Below, one piece after another: positions 49,501 to 64,000 of a stretch of 64,000 nucleotides of DNA (the first letter of the stretch is position 1; the number at the start of each line of letters is the position of its first letter). Position numbers and translations under genes: made by a program. This stretch comes from Mizuhopecten yessoensis. Lineage: Eukaryota. The notes beneath the pieces are model-generated. The model worked only from the letters and a program-made list of their open reading frames with translations. It did not search any database and had not been told where the DNA came from. The stretch is taken from NCBI RefSeq assembly GCF_002113885.1, contig NW_018405113.1:573356-637355 (forward strand). The letters run 5' to 3'.

Positions 49501-52500
49501 AAATCAAACTTAAGAGTTATATTGAACTTGAAAAAATAAATAAAATTGCTTCAATTATTATCATCCTTAATTTGCAAATCAAAATGATTAAGAATGAATG
49601 ACGTATACTATTGGTTGGTTCGTTCAGATGTATCGTTTTGAAGGTTTTTTATGCACACGAAACATACCGAACTGACATCATTGTTTGCCCTTAGTGATAG
49701 GAATTCAATACTCACGAGTTATACGTAATACAATCGCAATGTAAGGTTAGACATGTATTATCTCACTGTTTGACCATCTAGGGGATATGTATTTTGTTCT
49801 ACTGGAATAGCTTCTCGGTGGGACGAACGTTCTGCTGGGGAATAGGTAAATATATGACATAGTACGGCTCCTCAAGCTCGTCCCCTAGACACTGTTATAT
49901 CGACTCTATATCGACTTTTTAAGTGTTTTAGAAATGATTCTGACATATACATCACGATTTCCATCTAATTTGTTTTTTGTATTTAAAATTGGAACAATAA
50001 ACTAATGTTGTTGACTTTGATCACAATGTTTTGTTTGAATATTACAGGATGAGCTATATTTGTGCAATTTCTTTCCTAGGGGTTGTCTAAATAATCTACT
50101 CTATCATCAAAGCTAATGGTTTTCCGAAATTATATCACCGTATATGGCTCTAAAACAGAATGTTTGCGTTTGTTAATAGTGTATCTATAAATAAACACCC
50201 ACTGAAGAATTGCACAAAAAAAGGAATTAAAGTAAAAGATTTTTTTGACTTTATCGAAAAAAGGAACAAATGTTCTTTATCTGTTAAGCTAACTTCAAGC
50301 ATTAACTGTCCTTACAATTCTTCTTTTAAAAAATAAAAAAAGAAGAAAAAAAGACATCTATTGGAACGTTCTACAGTTTCTATGGACTGCTTACAAAGTA
50401 TCAGTTTACTTATGAAAATCACCCCTATCTAAGTACAGACCAACTTCCTTTGGTTGATTCAATGGCTAATAAGCAAACATCTGGATTAGAATGTAAACTT
50501 CCGGTTGCCATCAGTTTGGTGTATTAATGTGTGTTGATGTTCCATTTCTGACCAGAGGGTTTGTAGATACGTGATGTGCTCCGTATCAACAGTGTATTAT
50601 CTTGGTGGGGTTTCCCTACACCTCAGGTGATGACCAGACGACGAAAAACATGGTCGGGTATGTGTCTGGTACAGATAGTAACGACATCGCGTGATCATAG
50701 ACTTGCTCAAGTTTATTAAAATTTCTAATAAACATCATATTCCTTTAGACCTAAAATGAATCACTAATTGCTAATTTTGGTAGGAGTATTAATTAATTAG
50801 AGATATTCAAGTCACCGGTTAGAAGAACATTGCTCGTAAACGCAAAATTTGAAATATGATATTTTAGCGTGCAAGTTCCCTTTTGATAATACTTAAAACG
50901 TTTGTTTTCATTTCAAGATATCTTTGTAGACATTAAAAATATTGAAATTTCTTACGAAGCTAGATAAAACGAGCGTTGAGTCAAATATAATGTTAACACA
51001 ATCAACTGAATGTAATTGAAGTAAATAAAATCCATAATTTGAAATAAATGAAAAAAAAAATGAAAAAATAGAAAAGAAAATTATTTAACCAAAGGCAAAC
51101 CCTTGATCTTGGCTATCTTTTGTGAAAATAAACACCCGTTTGCAAAAACGTGAATGTCAGATTTGATTAATGTTTCTAGATAAATATACTGGAAGTAGTC
51201 ATTTATATCTAGAAAGCAAACCAGTGATTGATCGTGTATGCAATTGTTATCTGCTGCATTTAAAAATTAAATGGGCATCAATTTTATAAAACTGATATAG
51301 CTGTCAACGTTGTTTGTGAAGTGGCTATCTAAAAAAGCTATTCAGTGTCAGACTTATATTGATGAGGCAAATATTTCAGAAAAAAATGGTATCTTTTAAG
51401 TACTAGATAACCTCCTCCGTCGTATATACTGTCTGGTCGCTGTTGTAATTATGACACCAACATTATTACCTTTCATTAGATATATAAACAACACACTTAA
51501 GGGTTCATCGGTGTATATACGTACTAGTGCATATAACACACGACAAAACCGCAAACCCGGACGTGGTATTATATACCTGGTGAGAAATGAAGAGCTTTCT
51601 TTCTATACAAAGACCTCTCAAGGCGAGAACACATCTAGTTATCTAATTGAAATGTAAATATGTAAAAGTGACAGGTGAGGTCATCTGCTGATACACTATA
51701 TACACATCAACCCGGGGCCAGGGCGATAGGTACTGGTTTAAAGTCAACATTATAATGTAAAAACTAAGATTATTATCAGACCTATAAGGTGAAGTCGGTG
51801 TGGACAGGCGCTACGGGCTAATAGCCGTATCAGTATGACGCTGTTCTAAAGACTGAAGGAACTGTCAGGGAGTGTACTATCTTCCCTTACGTTGCCATTA
51901 TGCTTTAACTTTTCTTTAAAACATGACAACAAAATTGAATGCGTCCAGACTAATATCTAGCTTTTTATATACAAAACATGAATTCAATTTTAAGATATAT
52001 TACCGTCGAGTAACATATCGACAATGCCATGAAATACTTTGTGTGCACATTAGCTTTTCCTGTATGCATTATTAAATATATCCTTTGATAATAACAATCG
52101 TTGGCGCCGGCCCTTCAAATCTGGACAAACTTTAATCAAAGTGACGTTATATTTTGTTTGGGTTGAAGATTTGTAGATTGACTGTTTAATACTCTCGAAT
52201 TTTCCTTACTTTGTTACAGAATTACCGCCAAATGAATGTACACTTTATTTTATCCTTACTTTGTAGTCTGATCTGAAACACACCTATCTAAAGAAAATCA
52301 AGAATTTTTTTTTTGCCTTTGTATTCTATTAAAAAACAAACAACACAGACTATATTGATATTTATCATATGTAACTGTATATAACATTTCGATGAATGAC
52401 ACCAACAAACCACACATTTCCTAGGGCACTGTCCATCCTCAAAACTAATCTAACGTGAACTCTGCGATTCGATGTAAGATGCAGCCATAGTGAATCACAT

Positions 52501-55500
52501 CTCATTTCGTTTGACGTACATCCTAATATTTAACTACGTCATCCCCTTAAGACAGTAGATATTCTAAAGGTGTTCGATCTCTGTATCGTAGCCGATGTAT
52601 ATTTATCTGAATATATAAAAAAAATATCTTAGGTAATATATTCAAATTCTGATTGACGTTGTTCCTATAACATGTAAGCATTTTATATCATTTGTTTACC
52701 TATACAATTCTTGTCTTGATATGATTGCACATATTGCAGCCATACGATTCATCCTAAAAATCCCATTGTTACAGTTGTAGTGGACTTCTGTTCGCTCATT
52801 ACTTACTCATCCATATAGTGTGTATCAATCAGAATATGTATTATATATATTCATATTAGGATCTCCTTTATTTCAAAAATTTAAGAAAACGTGATAACAT
52901 CCATTTTACCCGATTACCAATTGTCGTTATTGTTTTAGTTTAAACGTAGTTAATTGCTAATTTTGTTACGCAAGCTATTTGAATAGAAATATTGTTACAT
53001 AACAAAACTTTGCAGATTTCATCAGAAGGAAATGAGTAGTAGGACTTAGTGCATGAGCAGAGAAAGATATTGTAATATGTTTATCATATTCACCACATGT
53101 AGCCAAATTATGCACATCGTAGCTTTATAAGTAACCTTTAACAAATTACTAAAGTTATGAATTTCATACATTGATAAACAATGTCTCTGATAATGTTCAT
53201 AGTGAAACGATTAGTTGTGTTGATACGTTTATCTTACTTATCAACAATATGACCAGTTAAACCATGTTCCCTTGGGATGGAAATAAGCTTGTATAACAAA
53301 TGGTCCAAATTGCCTAATTAGGTTCACCACATCCATTTATATTTCACTCCATTTGACCAACATCCTGAACTGTATATAAACCTGCAGTAAGTACGTAGGT
53401 GTTGATTCAATTACATATCATTGTACATTCATAACTAGAACACATTAACATAATAAAGTGGAGTAAGACAAGTGCGGTTTAAAAATTAACATCAGCAGAA
53501 ATATAAACACTGTCACTCTTACTACGACACAAAACAATTATTTGTTTATCATAATAAATAATTGTATTTAATTATTGCCAAGTATGATGTCATCAACCTA
53601 TTCATGATCTTTCTTGTAGTACATTTTCAATTGACCTATGACGACGCTATAGAGGCTGTTTTATTTAGTTTTAAAGGTGTGTTTACCTGACAAAAATATC
53701 ATTTTAATTCATAACACGGAGATCACATCATTTTTAAAATACAGATAAGACAAAATAAAAGGGAAATGAACTATTTTGTCCTCAATAATTTTAACGTTAT
53801 ACATTTCACATAGTAAACAAGCATATAAGTATGTAAACTCAAAATGTTCTGACTGCATCCTATAAAGAACGAAGACAGGTAAATATTTGTATCAAACGAA
53901 AATTAAACGGGATTATTTTAAACATCCAGGGACTGCCTTGTCAGGTTATCGACGGGCAATGGTTTTTGGCAGACGTACGTAACTATGACAACGTGTTCAT
54001 TTCAACACAAACGGCGATGCCATCACTTGGTAGTCATCTTGTTCCAAATTCAACAGGAACCAAGATACCTGCTATGAACTGATAGCCTTGTATTTGCTTT
54101 GTTAAGAACGTAAATATATGGGTTGAAATGCACGTTCTTTATATTTAGGACGTCCTCATAACTAGTTGTTAACGTGTAGCAAGGAGTATATTTGTTAGCT
54201 ATTCGCTTGCATTATATCGTACATGTAAAGATCATGCTTTTAAACACTAAAATAACAATGCAGCGCTGCATTAATAAACGAACGGGTAACAAAAACTCCA
54301 TTGGCCACCTGGGCAAGTATTCATGAGCATTAATTACATTAAACAACATTTTCCTTTTTGAAACTACAATTAATCAAATATTTTGAGTGTCGATGCATTT
54401 TAGAGCAGGTGGTTTGATTCAAACTCATCCATCACGGTACCCTTTCATAAAAAAATTGCAATAATCATATGACTACATTTGTATATACAATTCGTGTCAA
54501 TATACACACTCCATTGTGTTATACAGATGAAAAGCGAATGACTGACGGCTTGCCGCAGCAGGGGAGAATTGTTTGCACCAAATACACTCTGCGGTTTCAC
54601 AATTTTAGGCCTTTCTTACACTGTCATGTTCAACTTTCGTTAGCGTGCTTATCAAAGTTATCTGGCACTGGATCATTGTTACTTAATAGATTCGATAAAG
54701 TTTGATGAAACTATTAACATGAAATATGAAATATGAGATTGTAATGCACCTAACATTGTGGCAGTGATTACATTTTTTTGTTCTTTTGAATGACACAACT
54801 GACAGGCGCCTGTACCTCTTGATGAATGCTCATGTATAATACACATTTTACTAGTTGTGATAGTTTAAGGTAGATCAGTTTTTGATAGGGAGCAATCATG
54901 AAAACATCTAAGGTACCCCAATTCTGTATTGTATGAAATGAACCAAGGAAAAACTCACTTAAAAGAAAAAGAAAAAAATAGAATGTTCTGATGCATTTGA
55001 AATTCGTTTGAAATCACAGATACATTGTAGGTAGGTACAAATTTAACAAGAATACTTTCAGTGTGATTATCATACCATAATACTACCTCTTCATTGATAT
55101 TTTTGATAAATATCATTCATCACAATGAACAACCTTTAAATCGATATAAAATTAGTAGACGATAAACTTGAGGCAGGCTAACGAATTATAATGTTTAATA
55201 ATTTGACATGGTTTGAAACTAAAGGCCAAATGCATCAGTCAGTTAATTTTTGTTAGTACGCTTTACCTATTTCCATGTTTCGGTTAACTTTAAAACATTC
55301 AATGCGTCTACTGTGTATATGTTGTGGTGACAGATGATTGATATTACACACTAAGTGTCACAGACGATAATGTCATCGATCTTTGTTCTGATATTGATGT
55401 AAGTCACGCCAAATGATCCCATATTGTTTCACCAAAACCTTTCATGATTGTCTTCAATAGTTAAGATCAATACAAAACACACATATTTTGTTGTAAGAAA

Positions 55501-57659
55501 TCATCGGTATGATCTGTACTCTTTGTGTTCAAAGTACATGTACATTTTGTACGGCTAGATGTGTGATTTCTTTCTCTCATAGTTCGATGCATTCACAGAA
55601 CTTGTTACTCTGATGGAACCGGGCTCTTTGTCGTCAGAAACTCCATTGATGACATGTACTGTACGTGATATCTTAAAGTTCATGTTTAAAATCCTTATTG
55701 TTTTAAAGTGCAGTTGACCTAAATAGTCTTTTTTTTGATAATATCGATGTACTTCTTATATATTACGAAATGTCTCTTAATGAAAACTTCTAAAACTATT
55801 TCTAAAATCTGAGTCCTGTTTGCCGCATGTTTCAAAAGGCAATGTACCTGCAGGATTGCCCTTTAACAGCAAAGTACCTTTTCTTCATATTTTCTCTCAC
55901 TATACTAAGCTATGGCTTATGTGTAACCTTTAGCAGCGCTCCAGGGACAAAACCATTGAGAGATTGAACAGAGATTGGGGGAAGAAAACAACACAGGGTA
56001 TGATAAAGCCGCTTGTTTTGTATACTTTAAACCTATTTGTTTTGACATTAACATTAAACAACAAAAGGTATTGTTTGCAAATAATGCATCTGTAATCAGA
56101 TCCATCAATAAATATATATAACCGAATTTTATGGTTAAATTAACGATAAGTGGTGTATTTTTCAAAATCAAGCTAAAGTACATTTCTGCTCGATTGTTAT
56201 AGCTTAGAAGGGGGAAGAGTTGGATGTCATTTTGTGTACCAATATTTTCTCTTTTATGAGATATTGGCCAAAGCTGCCAAAAATGACAAACCACTCTTTC
56301 AATTTTTGGATTTTTTAAAAGGTTATTGAGGTAAGTTTTATATATACTTAATCATTATCAAAATCTGTTGAGAAATCTGTGAATTCATAAAATGCTGCAG
56401 TTAAAATTCTTCTTATGCTCTTTTACTGTCATGCATGACATATGAGGTTAACATATTGCATTTAAAGTTTGATTTATTGATAACATAAAATGGAAGTTAT
56501 GCAGGTTAAGAACCACCCCATCAAGTTTTCTGAAATTCTTGATTGAGAGTACGCCTCATTGTCGTTAGAATTATAAAATGGTTAATGTCTTATTAAGGCA
56601 ATATATAAATTTAATAGGTATTATACTAATTGCAAGCATTAATCATGCTTGTAACTTAACGTTACTTTACCGAGTTAATCAATTACATTCAACGCATTTG
56701 ACAGCATACACTATATAATGACCGAGAACAATATATCAGTTATGCATAATTTCATGTATTTAAGCCAGAAACATCAAGATGAATATACCTTGTATAATTC
56801 ATCTTGACTAGTGAAGATTTGTATAACCTTTTTTTTCCTAAGCGAAAGAAAAATCACAGAAGAATTTTGTTCTGTTTCAGTCGTACAGATTGTATTCTTT
56901 TTTTTTAAAGTTTCTACAGAATAAAACAAAAAGAGGAAGCACATACATTTTGAGTTTCTTTTTATTATCTCAATAACAGTTTATAAAAATAACAAGTTTG
57001 TTCAGTCATGCAGACTGTTGTCGATAACAATAGTTATATAAAGTTATATAATATAAACACATTCACACACTTTGATATTGCCATGTGTATTTACGCACAT
57101 TTGTCTAGTTCGTTACTTTTGTATACATTCATACTCCAAGTAACATGTTCATAATCGATAGAGTTTAATTGATTGTAAAAATATAGAATGTCTTGTGTTG
57201 TTAATAACAGACAGGATCTCTTCGTTATTTCATATGAATGATATGTTAACTAACGCTAACTATTTCAGTCAAAATTGCGTCCAATTGGTTAATAAAGTTA
57301 CATAACCATCACTTCTTTTGAGAACACATTTAAACTCATACGTTCAGGGTGGGAACACAATTAGATTCTTTGGCAGAGTTCAGCAAATGTCTTTTAATAA
57401 ATGAGCTCTTTTTCTGCTTTTAAGAATTTTCAGTCATAGAGCATCTTGCTATCTAGCAGGATCAAAGTGAAAATGGTGCAATGGGAACACCAGATTGTAA
57501 TCCCAGGAAGTGTCACAGAAGTCAAAGCTGGTTGTGAACATCATGTATTCGTCGATAGAGAACGTTAAGAGTGGCTGTTTTACTTTTGCACATTGTTTCT
57601 GAATTTCTTGGAACTATACTCCTTGCAAGTTAGGATTCGAAACCCAATTCGAGTCCTTT

Positions 57660-58487
57660 TCAAAAGCTTAATGTTGTTCCACATATGCTGTCATCGCTGT
57701 CGGAGTCTGCCGAACTCAGGTCCTCAGCAGAATTGGAAGAGTCTGAAACGGTAGTAGAGTACAGTAACACATTAGAGCTTTGTCAAAGTATGCATTTGTT
57801 TAATAAGATTTATGCTTTACCGTTACTAAGTTTTGATAAAAAGACCATTGCTTGTAATGTTTCGTTATATTTCGTATTCTCCTAAAATAAGGTCTCATCA
57901 TAGATTTTAATTCAAACTTGAACATGTAGCATATTTACCTTCAATGCTAGCGAGGGACCCACTTAGGTGACCGGTTATGATACAATGGTTCTTTTTGTCG
58001 GTGATGGACTCGTCAATGTTGACAAAGTTCATTCGTCCGTTGACTAGAGCCAGTTTCTTCCTAAGTGGCGTACTAGAACTCCCTTTCCGTTTGGTCAGTT
58101 TCTGGATGTTTTCATTGATACACATGAGCTGCTTTAACAACTGGACATCTTGCTGTCTAAGGTCAATCTGTAATGATGAAAAGATAGGAATAATAGTCTT
58201 GGATATTGTTGATGTTATCTTTCTTCCTTAATGGTAGAAATGTTTTTAAAACATGAACAATTGAAATAATTCGTTTTTAAACGTTTTAATTAAAATTATA
58301 ATACAGTACCTTTTTATGATACAAAAAGAATCTAAATATGAAAAGTGTAATGATGAAATATGACAAAATCGTCTTTTAATATTTTATGTAAATCATAGAT
58401 ATTTACCATATCGCTTTTGAGTGTTGCCAGGGCACTGTTGATCCTGTCTGTAGCGGTAATGGTGGATGTTGACTGTGCAGACTCCAT
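57660..58487 (-). CDS. LURAP-type domain protein, paralogue B, 130 aa (C-terminally shortened)
   Basis: Exons 58487-58407 (MESAQSTSTITATDRINSALATLKSDM), 58167-57939 (IDLRQQDVQLLKQLMCINENIQKLTKR...HLSGSLASIE) and 57742-57660 (DSSNSAEDLSSADSDSDDSICGTTLSF*). Intron positions and phases are the same as in paralogue A. Confidence 0.85.
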
Positions 58488-58570
58488 GTTAATCTCCTCG
58501 CTATGGCAGAACTGATTGTAAAGTCTATTTGATGTATAGGCAAGAACTGATCAGACTGGCTTTGTCATAT

Positions 58571-58650
58571 CTTTATATACCAGCCCCTTGTCTCCATGGG
58601 GCTTTACAATCTTTACGGACGGCTGAATACCCAACCACTGAACACCTGGC
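58571..58650 (-). promoter_or_regulatory. TATA box plus E-box promoter of paralogue B
   Basis: TATATAAAG at 58579-58571, ~85 nt upstream of the ATG. GAACACCTGG at 58640-58649. Confidence 0.55.
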
Positions 58651-61600
58651 ATTCAAGCCACAAGCCACCAGAGAGATATCATTTACTATTATGGCGTGGT
58701 CATTATGTGTTATATTGATTTGAAATCAGGTCTCCTGCTAATATCTGTTTAATATATGGTGTTTGATATGATCATCATAATCCGTTGGTTCTACCACACA
58801 CAAATCTACCTAGGTAAGATTCGAAACAACTGTTAAGATGAAGGGATGCAATAGAACAATGCACGTCTTCTCTAAAATGCCCGACATGTGTCTCTCGGTA
58901 CAGAAAATGTAAACTATTCACTAGAAATACGAATTAAGGAATCAATATTTAAAATTCTTGTCAGAAGACACATAAACGCTAATTAAGTAAACTTTTGCAC
59001 TGCAAAATATGCCAATTTCGTTCATTGAGAAATTAACGTAGGCCCATAACCAGGTTTTCTTGAAGCAGAATGCAATATCAAAGTACATTTTCAGAAGATG
59101 ACTTACATTCATGTATGTGGTTCTATCCTTGGGTTTATGAATACCGTAGGCAGACCATTCAGGTTTTTGATCGATACATCAATGAGGAAATTAAAATTTA
59201 GGAATAAAATACATTTTTATGCACCGGAATAATCGGCAGTTCACTTTACTATGTTATGCACAAGTCAAGTTGAAATTGAATATGCACTATGTGGAACGAG
59301 TACTGATCTGATATCAAGCTTTATTTCTTTTAGAACAATTATGAAATAAATTTTTATTGATATTACTCACTTATTCTGATTACTGGAAAAATAAATGATA
59401 CATAGAAATAAAGTAACTTTGTATCCAATTCATACATATTTTGATCTATATTTTGTTCTCCTTCTTTTTCTACATTTGATTTAATCAACAGTGGCTTTAG
59501 AGAAGACTTTGCAACGATGCTAAACTTCAAAGAGACAGAGATAGTAATGCAATCATCTTATTATAATGTAATTCAAGTAGAATTTATTCATTGTTTCCAT
59601 GTTGAACCATATAATTGTCTCAATTGTCTGTCTGCTTTAGTTAAGGTAGTCACTCGGATTGTGATATGCATTGCATCGGTATTGAAACAACTTTCGCCTC
59701 AGAAACGGCTGAATTGTTTCGACGGCCCAATTACAGAAAGCACCCTTTAAAAAAGGCAATTTATTGCATGCAATAAAGGCGAGCTTGTGTGTTCTCGTAT
59801 GTACTCAAAGACGCTGTTTGTGTGTGTGTGGTTTATATAAGATCCGGCCCGCCTTTTACAAAATGTGCTGGTATGTACTCCTGATCCTAATTCTATTGTA
59901 AATCAAACTAAAATCGCAACAACAGTTCACACATATTCATCATCAAAATAGACCCGTATAGCACTCTAGTCAGATTGTATATATACTTGGTCTTACCTGT
60001 TGCCACACCTTAGCGTACTGTAACACTGTTCATCAAAAGACACAAAAATCTTTCAAAATCTTCCTTTATAATTGTTAAAGTACAATCTATCGTGTTTATT
60101 GTTTAACATATCCACGTGCATGTTTATACTGTTAACAATGTTCAAAGATGTCAAACAGACGAATCCCTTAGCAGAACATCATACATAATATACCGAAGAT
60201 TATCAGCAATAGACATGATAGTTTTTTCAAACAACACGTAAGATAAAGGGGCTGTAATGATTATCTGTAACAATAGTTTGAGATATAGTATATAATATAT
60301 ATTATGTATGTATTTTTTGTTTTAAAGTACACGATAAGTTTAATTGTAAGACAATACCTGTAACAAATATCGTTGTATCCTTACACGGTACTAATTCGAA
60401 ACGTACTTGTACGCTTCATCACCAAATAAACCACTGAAGAAATAGATGGCGACATGCTGTTCTTATTTAGCAATCATATAAACATCCAACTCAGAACCCA
60501 AATATTTGCTGAGAGCGCTGTGAAGAGATCGGGAACTGAAATGTTGGTTACATCTGTTTAATGAATGAAAATGACGTGTCTTGTTTATATAATCTGTTTA
60601 TTTGTTTGTTTTCTTTTGTGGCGAGAATGTAAAATTCTATGTGTAAAAGTTTGTTGATAAGTCCAGCATAAGATGGATAATTAATACACGCATAAAAATA
60701 TTATCACATTTTCTATTTTACTATGGCTTTTATATAAATATATATAAAGATAATCTTAATTTTAATAACTTTCAATACCTGACTCATTGACATTTTAGAA
60801 TATTTTTGGAATATTAACTTTCTAAAATAGTTTTAAATGTTTTAAATTTTACTAAAGTTTCTGAGCATTGTAATTAAAATATGAGCCATACATGTATATA
60901 ATACATTTCCTTACTTTTGATTTACCATGTTTCCTTAATAAAACATTAGTCATCAGTTTTATTATTTCTTCAATAGTTTATCCTATAAGGAGCAAATACT
61001 GCATATTTCAGATACTATCTATAGTTTGCCTAAACTAACAATGATTTTCTTCCTCAATTTATAATTTATGAATGGTTATAAAAGAGGAATATATCCATCA
61101 CGCATGTATATTTAATCAACAAATTCGTGACAGACTTTATTTCTTAATCAATAGTTGGAATAATTGATTTTTTTTCTTCACAGTTTGATTGACATCTAGC
61201 AGCTGTAAAAGGGGATCGTCTTTTAAAAATAATTGCAAATAGTATCATGATACATGTCACAACTATTCTACACATAAATATTTTCCAAGATAACATTGGC
61301 ATGCACATCAAATATTTTATTACAATGCTTTATTTCAATATAGATTGATCAAAATTGAATGTCTAATTGCTATTTTACGACAGGCTAATACAAGTTACTT
61401 TATGAATCACATAATAGGATTCCGAAGGCATAATGCATTGAAATGAACAACATATGTACATTCTTTGCATTCATCACGGATCGAGCAAAAGCTCTGTTCC
61501 CAGGTGATATGACATTGCACAATTCCGATATAAGTTTTTCAGGGTAATGGATCCAGTAAAAGTATCAAACTTTAAAATATAAAATGTTGACATACATGTT

Positions 61601-63305
61601 ACACCTATTTGAAAGTCCCTTATAATGACCTAATATATTCGATACAATCTAGCAATGAATTTGAAATAGATCGATCGATATAAGCAACTTGTATACTGAT
61701 CAGAATCCAAAAATAATTCAGTGAATAAACCTTTATTTTATAACGCATCAATGGTGATATGATTTCAAATACTATTCTAAAAAAATAAACTCATATACAA
61801 AACCACTAGTCCTCGTTATAGCAAATACCACTGTTCAAAAAAAACTTACATTAAAAAAGTATTCGGTTTGTAAAATATCTGGCGATTTGTGTGATTTTTA
61901 TGTTGTTACTTTTGCGAGAAATAGAACAAAATTTAACAGATTATTTGTATTTTATAACCGTTGTGTGCTTGATGTAAATATATGTGAGAGAAAATAAGTG
62001 GAAAACAAATCTATATGTTAATACTATTTTTTAAATGGTGGTTTTGTTTTTAAAAATCTGTCGAATTTGTACTTTAATGTGTTGAGAACCAAGTTTCGCA
62101 TAACAATCAATATTTCACACAAAGTGTTGGATCATAGGTTCTCATAAACATTATCTACTGAATACTGGAGACTTTGTCCCATTGTTTATCAAACCAAACT
62201 GATACGCATCATCCACGGGACCATGATGTTCAGCATCAGATCGTCATGGCCTGTAGTGAAGATCAATTATAGGATGAATGCTCGTGTGAACAAAGTACAG
62301 GTACACTTCAATGGGTGTATGGGTTCCAGATGGGTTAAACCGATGGTCTGTAGACGTTATTGTTAACACTAGCGATACTATGCACTTTATAGATTAACAT
62401 GGCCCCGGACGCACTTGTTTCAAATTCCGTTGGCGCAATTGGTTTAACGAGCAGGCACCTGTTTTAAAGTATTGCTAGATGTAGCGATTTTATCACTACA
62501 ACAAAGCTTCCTTTTTGTAGAAGTTTTACAAGTGTTTTATTTACATTTACCTGTTACTAGAGGTATTCAACATCGCTTCAATTTGTTGAAAACATAATAT
62601 CAAATTTTTGTTAACATATCTAGTTCATCAAGACAATATAAATATTTGCATGTGTTTTATGAAATTTGAAAGTGAAGAAAAGTGTTCACTGTTTAAACAT
62701 TATAGCTATCAGAAAGGATGCAAAAAAGAAATAAAATCTAACAATCTGCCTTGTTTACTTATAATCATTTATATAACGATTATAACGGCAATGCATCGTT
62801 TAATTGACTAGTTATTTTTCCTGTGATTCTAATAATATCTATTTTAAAAATAACATGTTTTGTTTAGGAATTTGAAAAGATGATCAATGCATTTCCTAAA
62901 ATTTGATTGGCTCTTCGTATTCGGGATGTTTGATGATCCCAGTTTGTATGAAGAATGAAAATAATAAAAAATGAAATGGGTTGTCTGTTAGCATTCGATA
63001 TCTGTCATATGAATCGTGATTTTCGGAGCAGGTCCGGAAATATCGAATGAAATGCACGTTTCCTCAATATTCCGGGGATGTGACTGTCAAGAAAAGGGCA
63101 TTTCAACATAGGAAATTTCAATCGTCACGCTTATCATTCAGCTGAATTGTAAGCTTTGTTTCTGTTGTCTTTTTGTAAGTAAAGTTCGAAATAATCGACT
63201 TGTGTTGAAATGTCTATAAATGGCCTGGTTTTAAGCTAAGGAGGCTACACACGATCGTTGTAGTCAATAACTTTCTTTTTATTTAAAGACATTGCATCAC
63301 AAATG

Positions 63306-63515
63306 TACTGTAAGCGTTCATAGTTTAGCGGTTCTCTAAATTCAACGCTCTTCGCCCTTTATAACTTACGCTAAATTCTAATTATGGTAATACAAGTTTC
63401 TGTTTATCATTTTCTCTGCATATTATATGAGTGCGCTAATTCCTCAACTCGTTGTCCATTAAAACTCGTTTATATGCTAAAATATGAGTCCGCTAAATTA
63501 AGTACTCGTACAGTA
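63306..63515. mobile_element. ~210-bp MITE with TACTGTA...TACAGTA ends
   Basis: Terminal TACTGTA/TACAGTA (TA TSD plus short TIR) with internal TTAGCG/CGCTAA(A) repeats in inverted orientation. Confidence 0.6.
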
Positions 63516-64000
63516 TCTGAAAGGAAATTGAACGACTTGGCAAGATAATTCCGGCTATAATGTTTGCTCATACAAACATTTAAATGCTCAATGCAATTAT
63601 TTTATGACAAAAATAGAAAAAACATATTTGAGGTTCATTTTTTATTACCCAAATAACAATTTGTAACAAATAACAATTTCATACCAGTCGTTAAGACCGT
63701 TGTCGATAACAACAATTATATATAAATATTCAAGATATAACACCTATTTAACACTTTCGCACACTTTCAAACTTACATGCGTATATGCGCACGTGTGTCA
63801 TGGTAGTTACAATCAAAATCACTCATACTGTCTATTAAACGTCCATAATCGATTGTGGTTAATCGATAGTCTGAATAAAATAAATGTTGTAAAGCTTATT
63901 GCAATTATAAATATTCTCGACAGGCACATACGGCTTGTGTTTTCTATGGGCAACATCCCTCGTTGGTTGGTTATAAATGGAATATAGAATACATAATATT

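Noticed and set aside
47000-57000. A third LURAP-like copy between A and B, and assorted 60-125 aa ORFs
   Set aside because: No DLRQQD-type exon was found by eye, and the short ORFs have AT-rich background composition without splice support.
57630-57662. TGA readthrough or selenocysteine in paralogue B
   Set aside because: A TAA follows in frame after nine codons, the extension does not resemble paralogue A, and no SECIS was recognised.

Overview
AT-rich, intron-containing eukaryotic DNA; the repeat content suggests a bivalve mollusc (inference). Left to right: (1) the last five coding exons of a rapsyn-like TPR + RING-H2 gene (+, 1390-7401); (2) a convergent 328-aa uncharacterised gene with a single coding exon (-, 10843-11829); (3) a complete six-coding-exon U1A/U2B''/SNF snRNP gene (+, 25584-30088, 243 aa); (4) a tRNA-Cys(GCA) gene (-, 32724-32795); (5) a triplicated, diverged ~1.6-2.2 kb non-coding module (36.8-41.8 kb); (6) two tandem three-exon paralogues with a LURAP-type leucine zipper (-, 45432-46398 and 57660-58487), the second apparently truncated by an old frameshifting deletion. 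The rest is intergenic, with SINE, MITE and hAT-like remnants and minisatellites. The best candidate for an undescribed system is in the SNF 3' UTR. Three hairpins there mimic U1 snRNA stem-loop II (5-bp stem, C-G closure, AUUGCAY loop). Two 5'-splice-site-like motifs flank the distal pair, just upstream of the poly(A) signal. This suggests a hairpin-based autoregulatory circuit analogous to, but built differently from, the vertebrate U1A PIE element. All calls come from manual reading and translation; no database searches were run.
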